Below are positions 50,201-62,200 of a DNA stretch of 64,000 nucleotides, one piece after another. The stretch is from Macrostomum hystrix (taxonomy: Eukaryota > Animalia > Platyhelminthes). Positions within the stretch are counted from its first letter, which is position 1. Each line of letters starts with the position of its first letter. Under the pieces are notes generated by a model. It saw only the letters and a program-made list of their open reading frames with translations. It did no database searches and was not told where the DNA came from. The DNA is taken from assembly GCA_950097015.1 (NCBI GenBank), contig CATNEN010000038.1:20770001-20834000 (forward strand), given 5' to 3'. The translations under genes and the position numbers were made by a program.

Positions 50201-53200
50201 CGGGACAGGTGAGACAAAGGAGAGATAAGGCACGGGAGAGGTGAGACAAAGGAGAGATAAGGCACGGGACAGGTGAGACAAAGGAGAGATAAGGCACGGG
50301 AGAGGTGAGACAAAGGAGAGATAAAGCACGGGAGAGGAAAGACAAAGGAGAGATGAAACAGTATACTATAGCTGTCGGAAGGGGCAACGGGCCGGTTTTG
50401 AGAGCTTTGAGGGCCGCATCTGGCCCGCGGGCCGGAGTTTGCCGACCTCTGTGCTAGATAGATCTACTATTTCGAATCCCCAAAACATAATTCGCTGCAG
50501 GCACAATCTGGAAGAATTCGACCTGCTGTTTCAACTGCTCCGCTGCTATTTGGACAGTTCGGTGTGCAATTTTCATTTCTTTACCAGCTTCCTATCTAGC
50601 CAGTGTCAGAACGCTCCGCCAGCGTGGAAGCGGGCTGCATTTCTGAAATTTCGCGACATTCACAAAGATCGCGCCTGGGCTAGCCAGGTGCAATTGAAAT
50701 GCAAAATACTGCAGTACGTTGTCATACCGGCGGTTAGTTACAGCTTCGACAAGGGCGAGCACGAGGCGCTGATTGGCGGCCCACCAGTCCCCGACTCCCC
50801 GTCTAGCGGTGGGTTATTGTCTTCATATAACAACTTTTTCGACTATTCCCAATTCGATTAATCCCAGTTCGATGAATCCCGATTCAAAATCCCAGTTTGA
50901 CAAATCCCGATTAAAAATCCCAGTTTGATGAATCCCGATTCAAAATCCCAGTTCGATGAATCCCGATTCAAAATCCCAGTTTGACAAATCCCGATTCAAA
51001 GTCCCAGTTTGACGAATCCCGATTCAAAGTCCCAGTTTGACGAATCCCGATTCAAAATCCCAGTTTGACAAATCCCGATAAAAAATCCCAGTTTGATGAA
51101 TCCGGATTCAAAATCCCAGTTTGACAAATCCCGATTCAAAATCCCAGTTCGGTGAATCCCGATTCAAAATCCCAGTTTGACAAATCCCGATTAAAATCCC
51201 AGTTTGTTGAATCCCGATTCAAAATCCCAGTTCGATGAATCCCGATTCAAAATCCTAGTTTGATAAATCCCGATTCAAAGTCCCAGTTTGACGAATCCCG
51301 ATTCAAAGTCCCAGTTTGACGAATCCCGATTCAAAATCCCAGTTTGACAAATCCCGATTAAAAATCCCAGTTTGATGAATCCGGATTCAAAATCCCAGTT
51401 TGACGAATCCCGATTCAAAATCCCAGTTCGGTGAATCCCGATTCAAAATCCCAGTTTGACAAATCCCGATTAAAAATCCCAGTTTGATGAATCCCGATTC
51501 AAAGTCCGAGTTTGACGAATCCCGATTCAAAATCCCAGTTCGGTGAATCCCGATTCAAAGTCCCAGTTCGGTGAATCCCGATTCAAAATCCCAGTTTGAC
51601 GACTCCCGATTTAAAATCCCAGTTTGATGAATCATGATTCAAAGTCCCAGTTTGACGAATCCCGATTCAAAATCCCAGTTCGGTGAATCCCGATTCAAAA
51701 TCCCAGTTCGGTGAATCCCGATTCAAAATCCCAGTCTGACAAATCCCGATTCAAAGTCCCAGTTTGACGAATCCCGATTCAAAATCCCAGTTCGGTGAAT
51801 CCCGATTCAAAATCCCAGTCTGACAAATCCCGATTCAAAGTCCCAATTTGACGAATCCCGATTCAAAGTCCCAGTTTGACGAATCCCGATTCAAAATCCC
51901 AGTTCGGTGAATCCCGATTCAAAATCCCAGTTCGGTGAATCCCGATTCAAAATCCCAGTTTGACGAATCCCGATTCAAAATCTCAGTTCGGTGAATCCCG
52001 ATTCAAAATCCCAGTCTGACAAATCCCGATTCAAAGTCCCAGTTTGACGAATCCCGATTCAAAGTCCGAGTTTGACGAATCCCGATTCAAAATCCCAGTT
52101 CGGTGAATCCCGATTCAAAATCCCAGTTCGGTGAATCCCGAGTTCCCATCCTACGCATTGCGATTTATAATCCCTATTCGAGTATCAAATAAAGGTATCC
52201 AAAATGTATCTTACCTTACCTCACCTGTTGATTTATTATTCAAACTACTCCAGACAACCTCGTGACCGTGTTTGTTCGCGACTTCCTAACCGACGCCACC
52301 GCGCCAGAGCCGGACGCTCTACGCGTCCTCATCCTACAACTAGCCTGCGTGTTTGTTGAGAAGGCCTCGCCCTGGATACACGACGCATCTAATAAGCGCC
52401 AGGGCGAATCTTTGCACCGATTGATGACCTACGCCTGGCCATGCGTTATGAGCAATCTGAGCGCTACTGATCCTTTGGCCAAGTTCCACGGCCACCTACT
52501 GCTGGCTCACATCATTGCCAAATTCGCCATCAATAAGCGCATAGTTGTTCAAGTATTTCACAGCCTATTGAAATCTTTCCAACCGGAGCCCAAGCGGGTT
52601 GTCACCGCTGCGCTGGACATCCTGACGCCTGTCATGACGTCTAGACTGGAAGATGATCCAACCATTCTTCAGCACTGGACTAAAAAGATTCTGCTTGAGG
52701 ACACTGCCGCCGGCTCTACTCAGAACTATCAGCATATTCTGTGAGTCCAGTTAATCCTAGCTTCCTTAGATACGTAAAGCGATGCTTTAGTCCTTAGACT
52801 GTAGAGTCCGTTGACTGATGAGGAGTCCGTGGACTGGGGAGTCCGTAGACTGGAGAGTTCGTAGACTGGAGAGTCCGTAGACTGTAGAGTCCGTAGACTG
52901 GAGAATCCGTAGACTGGGGTCTCCGTAGACTGTAGAGTCCGTAGACTGGAGAGTCCGTAGACTGGAGAATCCGTAGACTGGGGTGTCCGTAGACTGGAGA
53001 GTCCGTAGACTGGAGAGTCCGTAGACTGGAGAGTCCGTAGACTGGAGAATCCGTAGACTGGGGTGTCCGTAGACTGGAGAGTCCGTAGACTGGAGAACCC
53101 GTAGACTGGGGTGTCCGTAGACTGGAGAATCCGTAGACTGTAGAGTTCGTAGACTGTAGAGTCCGTGGACTTGGGAGTCCGTAGACTGGAGAGTCCGTAG

Positions 53201-56200
53201 ACTGGGGTGTCCGTAGACTGGAGAATCCGTAGACTGTAGAGTCCGTAGACTGTAGAGTCCGTAGACTGTAGAGTCTGTAGACTTGGGAGTCCGTAGACTG
53301 TAGAGTCCGTAGACTGTAGAGTCCGTAGACTGTAGAGTCCGTAGACTGGAGAATCCGTAGACTGTAGAGTCCGTAGACTGTAGAGTCCGTAGACAGAAGA
53401 GTCCGTAGACTGGAGAATCCGTAGACTGGAGAATCCGTAGACTGGGGTGTCCGTAGACTGTAGAGTCCGTAGACTGGAGAGTTCGTAGACTGTAGAGTCC
53501 GTAGACTGGAGAATCCGTGGACTGGAGAGTCCGTAGAGTGGGGAGGCCGTTTTAGTCTCTAGAAATCTTTATTTCCTGGAATGCAAGATTAAAGCTGCCG
53601 TAGCGATGCTTGCTTAATTTGGCTTTATACTTTTTTAACGCATCGTTCCCTCACTCGTATTCCCCAATCAGGAGTCTAATTGTGCGACATCACGATGTCT
53701 ACTACGCAATCAGGCACTCGCTAATGACCAACATCTTGCAAGGCCTGTCAAAATTTGGCCTAGCGAGCAATGTGAGTCTGACTAATTGGATAGTGTCGAT
53801 TTCGCTTGATTGATAGTTTTTGGGCTACTGTGTGTGGTGGGGCTTTTTGTTTAGACCTGAAATTTTTCTACAGATTGAGAATTATGATTCTCAATTATTG
53901 GGATCAGAGATTCGGTAAGTTAAGGATAAGGGATTCGAGAAGTTTGCGATCAGGGATTCGAGACTACTGGGGATCAGAGATTCGATAAGGTAAGGATAAG
54001 GGATTCGAGAAGTTTGCGATCAGGGATTCGAGAAGTTTGCGATCAGGGATTCGAGACTACTGGGGATCAGAGATTCGATAAGGTAAGGATAAGGGATTCG
54101 AGACTACTGGGGATCAGAGATTCGATAAGGTAAGGATAAGGGATTCGAGAAGTTTGCGATCAGGGATTCGAGAAGTTTGCGATCAGGGATTCGAGACTAC
54201 TGGGGATCAGAGATTCGATAAGGTAAGGATAAGGGATTCGAGAAGTTTGCGATCAGGGATTCGAGACTACTGGGGATCAGAGATTCGATAAGGTAAGGAT
54301 AAGGGATTCGAGAAGTTTGCGATCAGGGATTCGAGACCACTGGGGATCAGAGATTCGATAAGGTAAGGATAAGGGATTCGAGAAGTTTGCGATCAGGGAT
54401 TCGAGACTACTGGGGATCAGAGATTCGATAAGGTAAGGATAAGGGATTCGAGAAGTTTGCGATCAGGGATTCGAGACCACTGGGGATCAGGGATCTAGGA
54501 CTATTTTGGGATTCGGCACTGCTGCGATCAAGATTTTGGTTTATATAAGGATCAATATTTGGGATTTTTAGGACAAGGATACAAGGCTTCCATTCTGGGA
54601 TTGGAATCCAGCACCATTTTGGGATTTACAGTCAAGACTACTGGAATAAGGATTCGGGACTACTAGGATCGGGATCAGAGATTTTGTCTATAGTTAGACC
54701 ATGGATTTCAATGCTAAATAAATATCCCATCGAAATCCAGAACGTCTCCGCTGAGCACCGCAAACTGGCCCTAGAACTGATTGAGACCGTCATGAAGTGG
54801 GATCTTCGTCAGCGCACCGAAGCCGAGGCGCAGCGCAATCAGCCTCCACAGCAGCAGCAGCAGGTGAAACTAGAAGACGCTTCGCCGTCAGACACCAGGC
54901 CATCAGCATCTTCGTCGGCCAGTTCGCCTCTTCCTGCCAAACGACCTCGACTGTCCGCCTCAGCCGCAGCCGCCGCCGCGTCAGCAACGCCGGCTTTGTC
55001 GGCTGCGTCAGCGGATCAGCAGCAGCCAATCGGGCCTAGTTCAGCTTCAGCGGCGGCGGCTACAGCGGCTAAGCCGTTTGACAAGAGCACCAAGGACCAG
55101 ATTGTCTACGCTCTGATGCGCTTCGCTGTCTACATAGTCGACGGAAATGTCAACAATCTGAACAATGAACTCTGGACTAAACGGCCGATACAATTAATTC
55201 AGACTCTGCTCTCCCCGGACTGGTGGCCGGATACCGATCTTAAACTGTCCTTCTTCGATCGAATATTAAATGTCCCATTGGAGACTCGAGGATCCAATTT
55301 GGTGCAGAATGCTCAGGTAAAATTCTATTACCATTGGATAAACGGCGCGAGTAACTATACTCTAGAATGCCTCGTCATCTAATTAGTACTTTACTTACTA
55401 ATTTACAATTATTGATTACACAAACGCAGCTATTACCCCAGCTAATGCCTCTACCCATTTAGCAGCTAGGTGAACTGAAGCAATGCAGAGTTAAGTGCCT
55501 TACTTAAGGAGTTAAGTCGGGAATCGAACCCCCGACCTCCAAGTCGAGAGTCCGACGCCCAAGTCAAGATTTTAAGCCTTGAATAAATTTTAGATTTAAA
55601 AAAACACAAACGCTTCTGACTATTATTATTAGATGACGAGGCGCCCAATTAACATTCCGCATACATATTTACTCTCGCCGTTGACTCCTTTGTAATGTAA
55701 TACTAAATTTTGCCCTTTTCCCAAAAAATCTTCAATCTTGGCAGATAAACGCCTCTCTGGAGGTACTCAGGGTGCTTTTCGACCACCTGGACAGATCCGC
55801 CCTGCTAACCTCGATGCGTCTATTGTCAAAAGGCCTGTGCAATTGTCTACGCCAGGCTAGCAATCCGCGAGCAGTGAAACTAATGGGCCCGATTGTATCG
55901 CGAGTGTTTAGTCTATTTCCTCCGGAAGCTGAACACTCGAATCAGTTCACTAATCATGCTGAGCTGATGGAATTCTATGCCACGATTTTGCGAGCCATTA
56001 TCGACGGATTTAGTCACTATGAGAGAACCAGCGTGACTAATAGCCCTGCCACCGCTCAGCTGTTTGCCTCTATCATGCTGCTGAAGGCGACCAATGTGAG
56101 TTGGGGTTCTTCCCACTAGAATTCTCCTCTTCAAGACTTGGATTCTTCCCACTAGAATTCTCCCCTTTAAGAATGGGATTCTTCCCACTACAACTCTCCC

Positions 56201-59200
56201 CTTTAAGAATTGGATTCTTCATACTAGAATTCTCCCCTTCAAGAATGGGATTCTTACCACTAGAACTCTCCCATTTAAGAATGGGGTTCTTCTCACTAGA
56301 ATTATCCCCTTCAAGAATGGGATTCTTCCCACTACAACTCTCCCATTTAAGAATGGGGTTCTTCTCACTAGAATTATCCCCTTCAAGAATGGGATTCTTC
56401 CCACTACAGCTCTCCCCTTTAAGAATGGGGTTCTTCTCACTAGAAGTATTCCCTTCAAGAATGGGATTCTTTCCACTAGAATACTCCCCTTCAAGAATGG
56501 GATTCTTCCCACTACAACTCTCCCCTTTAAGAATGGGGTTCTTCTCACTAGAATTCTCCCCTTCAAGAATGGGATTCTTTCCACTAGAAGTCTTCCCTTC
56601 AAGAATGGGATTCTTCCCACTACAATCGGGAGAAGTAGACTGTCCCCTTCAAGAATGGGAAATTACTGAACAGACTGAACAGCTGTATACAGTTTCTAGG
56701 TGTCATAGTTACATTTATAAAATCTATAAAAAGAATAACCCCTAAAACCAACACCGACCCGTACCAGGTTGACAACAACTATGTTATTGTGGACCGCGTA
56801 GTGACGCACTTCGGCAAGCTGCTGAACCGCATGGCCAAGGAGACATTCAACGCCACCGCCACTGAAAGCGGCGCCTACATGACCGACATGCTTATTACAT
56901 CGTTCGACATTGTAAAATATCGGCTAAACAGTATGTCAGCTGATACTCGCAGAGGCTTCCTACAACTGCTGCTGCACCTCATTGACAAGAGCAGCGATAC
57001 CAAACTATTGAAGGCCATTGTGTCTCTGATTCGCGAATGGATCAGCGTGACCGGCCCGGACCAGTCTGCTGCTCCCTTTCCCAAGGAACGCTGCCAATTA
57101 TTGATGAAGATCATGGCCAATATTTCTAGTTCTCGCATTCGCGACGAAGACATTATCGACGAATTCTTAGAAGCAGTCTACACGGTGTACAGTGTGCCGT
57201 TCTATAAGAATCAGGACATGTTTGGCAAACTGGAGCAGGCATTCTGCATGGGTGTGGACAGTGGCAAACCGGCCACTAGGAACAAGTTCATGCAGGTCTA
57301 CATGTCTGAAGTATTCGACGGTCCTCACGCTAACAGTTTGCAAAGTAGATTATTATTCATTGTTGCTTCGCATCGTTGGGACAAAATGGGATCTTGTTTT
57401 TGGATTCCCATCGCTTTCGAAATCTTTGTCCGGGCCGCCAGACCGGAGACGCCGGTTCGTCTGGCCCGTCCAGAGCGGTACGGCTGCGCTAGCTCCGCCA
57501 CCAGTCCTGTGATTGTCAAACAAGAGGCCGACCTGCTGGATGACGATCAATCAGCTGATTTTCTAACGGCTATTACTGAAGCCGACGCTCGACTGTTCTA
57601 CGATCCGTCTGCTGAATCGACTCCGGCTAATGCTGCGGCGATGGCGTCGACTTCAGCTGCTGACGACTCTGTGCCGGAGCCGTCGACTTTCCCGTACAGC
57701 GATCCGGCTAGATTGGCCTACCTGATGACTCGGGACGCTCAGGTGACTTTTAGATTTTTGCGGGGTTAGGGTTACTTCTTCCTGCTACTTTGCCTATTGG
57801 CATCACAATCTAGGGCCAAAACTGATAGTCAATCACAGCTGCGCGTTTGCCTCTCCATGGTCTTATCTGTCTTATCTCTCCCTGTGTCTCATTTCTCCCC
57901 GTGTCTAATCTCTCCCGTCTCATCTCTCCCCTGTCTAATCTCTCCCCTGTCTTATCTCTCCCCGTGTCTTATCTCTCCCCGTGTCTCATCTCTCCCTGTG
58001 TCTAATCTCTCCCCGTGTCTAATCTCTCCCGTCTCATCTCTCCCCGTGTCTAATCTCTCCCCTGTCTAATCTCTCCCCGTGTCTAATCTCTCCCCTGTCT
58101 CATCTCTCCCCTGTCTCATCTCTCCCCTGTCTAATCTCTCCCCGTGTCTAATCTCTCCCCTGTCTCATCTCTCCCCTGTCTAATCTCTCCCCTGTCTTAT
58201 CTCTTCCCTGTCTAATCTCTCCCCTGTCTTATCTCTTCCCTGTCTAATCTCTCCCCGTGTCTCATCTCTCCCCTGTCTCATCTCTCCCCTGTCTCATCTC
58301 TCCCCTGTCTAATCTTTCCCCGTGTCTAATCTCTCCCCTGTCTCATCTCTCCCCTGTCGTATCTCTCCCCGTGTCTCATCTCTCCCCGTGTCTAATTTCT
58401 CCCTGTGTCTCATCTCTCCCCTGTCTAATCTATCCCCTGTCTTATCTCTCCCCTGTCTCATCTCTCCCCGTGTCCCATCTCTCCCCGTGTCTAATCTCTC
58501 CCCTGTCTTATCTCTCCCTGTGTCTCATCTCTCCCCGTGTCTCATCTCTCCCTGTTTCTCATCTCTCCCCGTGTCCCATCTCTCCCCGTTTCTAATCTCT
58601 CCACGTTAGGGGTCGGTGGCAGAGCGGTAATCGCGTTTGCCTCTCGCACCAAGGTCTCTGAGTTCGAAATGGACAGAATTGCCTCCTCGCTGGCTGCGGG
58701 TCTAGTGTCACCAAATGATGTGCCATTGCCCGCAGCCCACCTTGCACTTATTATTATTATTATTACTTCTATTATGTGTCACATGTGTCTTTGTGGAATT
58801 ATCAGTCATTGCTATTTGCCATTCACTGTCAGCAGACGTCGCAATTTAGAATGCTGTAATACTTTTGTAACACCAAAATTTCTCCCATGATTAGGTGATG
58901 TCGGAGCTGAAGGCTTCAACAAATGCGCTGCTTCTAGACGGCATGGCTGCCCTGTGCTACGTGGATCACCAGCTAGCCGACAGTCTGTTTGTGTCCACAT
59001 TTCCCAAATTGTGGTCTCAAATTGGCGAATGCGGCGGTCCGGACGCATCCCGCCAGTTGATTCCCTACGTTAGAAAGTTTATAGCCAGCGGTATTCACAG
59101 CCACCAGATGGATGTACACCCGTCCAGTCTGAGGACATTTGTATCTGGCGTGTCTCATTGTCCGGACATCACGCGTACCATACCCCATCCGGTGCTGTGC

Positions 59201-62200
59201 TATCTGGGCAGTCAGTTTCACATGTGGCACGAGTGCGCCCTACTAATGGAACAATTCTATTATGCTGCCGGTCGGGTTAAACGGGGCGCATTTGAAACTG
59301 CGGCTACCGGAGCTTCGGCTAGCGGCGCTACGGCTAATTCAGTTGAGTTCGCCTCTGATTACGAGGAGGGCCTGTTGCAGATCTACTCGGAGATGCGCGA
59401 GGAAGACTATTTGGCAGCCGTTTGGTCCCTGCGGGCTCCGTGCGAGGAGATGGTCAAGGCCATTAGCTATGCTCAGTTCGGCCTCTTTCAGGTGAGTAGG
59501 GCCGCACTTGATCGATTATATCTCACCATGTCTATCATTCTCACCCTGTCTATCATTCTCACCCTGTCTATCATTCTCACCCTGTCTATCATTTCTTCTC
59601 ACCCTGTCTATCATTTCTTCTCACCCTGTCTATCATTTCTTCTCACCCTGTCTATCATTCTCACCCTGTCTATCATTTCTTCTCACCCTGTCTATCATTC
59701 TCACCCTGTCTATCATTCTCACCCTGTCTATCATTTCTTCTCACCCTGTCTATCATTTATTCTCACCCTGTCTATCATTCTCACCCTATCATTTCTTCTC
59801 ACCCTGTCTATCATTTCTTCGCACCCTGTCTATCATTTCTTCTCACCCTGTCTATCATTCGCACCCTGTCTATCATTTCTTCTCACCCTGTCTATCATTT
59901 CTTCTCACCCTGTCTATCATTTCTTCTCACCCTGTCTATCATTTCTTCTCACCCTGTCTATCATTTCTTCTCACCCTGTCTATCATTTCTTCTCACCCTG
60001 TCTATCATTTCTTCTCACCCTGTCTATCATTTCTTCTCATCCTGTCTATCATTCTCACCCTGTCGTTCATTCTCACCCTGTCTATCATTCTCACCCTGTC
60101 TATCATTTCTTCTCACCCTGTCTATCATTTCTTCTCACCCTGTCTATCATTCTCACCCTATCATTTCTTCTCACCCTGTCTATCATTTCTTCTCACCCTG
60201 TCTATCATTTCTTCTCACCCTGTCTATCATCTCTTCTCACCCTGTCTATCATTCTCCCTGTAGACGGTCAATTGTTTAGCTAATAATAAGTGCATATTAA
60301 AGTGATTGAACTTTTTTTGTTTATGGCTCTCGGTCTCCTAAATTATTCAGTATCTGGTTAATTTCTTGCCAGACTGTTTTTAGTTTTCTTTGTACTTTAT
60401 TTATTAATTGTCAATTTCATTCATCAGGTTTATTTGATTTATTTCATTCATTAATTACTAGTTCGCATTAAAATTCTTATTTGTTATTGTAAATCTATTT
60501 TATTTAGCCTTCGTAAAGAGGAGTTCGTGGGAACTGTTATAACACCGTATTTACCCTTTTTTAAACAATATGTTTGTCTGGCTCGGCTTTGAATCGAAAT
60601 GTATTCTAATGAATTCTAGACAGAAAACATATCCACAGGAGTATTATGTTCCACTTTGAATATATAAGCAAAATCTAACTTCTCACTTTCTAATGCTAAA
60701 CTTTTTTATTTAAGTGCTTTGTCTGGCCAAAACTGCTGTACTTGCCTATTTATTGCGCAAACTAACTGGTTTGTTTGTGTCTGCAGTCGCACAAAAGTGC
60801 ATTACTACGCGTGTAGTAGACGCGTGACGCGTAGACGCGTATTATATGAGAGAATTACAGAAGCCTGTTATGAGACAGTTACAGAAGCCTGTTATGAGAC
60901 AGTTACAGAAGCCTGTTATGAGACAGTTACAGAAGCCTGTTATGAGACAGTTACAGAAGCCTGTTATGAGACAGTTACAGAAGCCTGTTATGAGATAGTT
61001 ACAGAGGTCATTATATGAGAGAATTACAGAAGCCTGTTATGAGACAGTTACAGAGGCCATTATATGAGAGAATTACAGAAGCCTGTTATGAGACAGTTAC
61101 AGAGGCCATTATATGAGAGAATTACAGAAGCCTGTTTTGAGACATGTACAGAGGCCATTATATGAGAGAATTACAGAAGCCTGTTATGAGACAGTTACGG
61201 AGGCCATTATATGAGAGAATTACAGAAGCCTGTTATGAGACAGTTACGGAGGCCATTATATGAGAGAATTACAGAAGCCTGTTATGAGACAGTTACAGAA
61301 TCCTGTTATGAGACAGTTACAGAGGCCATTATATGAGAGAATTACAGAAGCCTGTTATGAGACAGTTACAGAGGCCATTATATGAGAGAATTACAGAAGC
61401 CTGTTATGAGACAGTTACAGAAGCCTGTTATGAGACAGTTACAGAGGCCATTATATGAGAGAATTACAGAAGCCTGTTATGAGACAGTTACAGAAGCCTG
61501 TTATGAGACAGTTACAGAGGCCATTATATGAGAGAATTACAGAAGCCTGTTATGAGACAGTTACAGAAGCCTGTTATGAGACAGTTACAGAATCCTGTTA
61601 TGAGACAGTTACAGAGGCCATTATATGAGAGAATTACAGAAGCCTGTTATGAGACAGTTACAGAAGCCTGTTATGAGACAGTTACAGAAGCCTGTTATGA
61701 GACAGTTACAGAAGCCTGTTATGAGACAGTTACAGAGGCCATTATATGAGAGAATTACAGAAGCCTGTTATGAGACAGTTACAGAAGCCTGTTATGAGAC
61801 AGTTACAGAGGCCATTATATGAGAGAATTACAGAAGCCTGTTATGAGACAGTTACAGAAGCCTGTTATGAGACAGTTACAGAAGCCTGTTATGAGACAGT
61901 TACAGAAGCCTGTTATGAGACAGTTATAGAAGCCTGTTATGAGACAGTTACAGAAGCCTGTTATGAGACAGTTACAAAGGCCATTTTATGAGAGTTATAT
62001 AGGCTCGTTATCAGAGAGTTACAGAGGCCTATAATGAGAAACAGAAGTCTTTCTTGTGACATTAACAGTAGAAAGACTCTTTACCCACTGGGGGGGAAAG
62101 ACGACGGTAGTATTTCAAATACCCACTGTCAACTTCACGAATGGCTCCCTAACCGAATGACCGATTTTCGTGACAGTCGACCATATCAATCAAAAATTTT

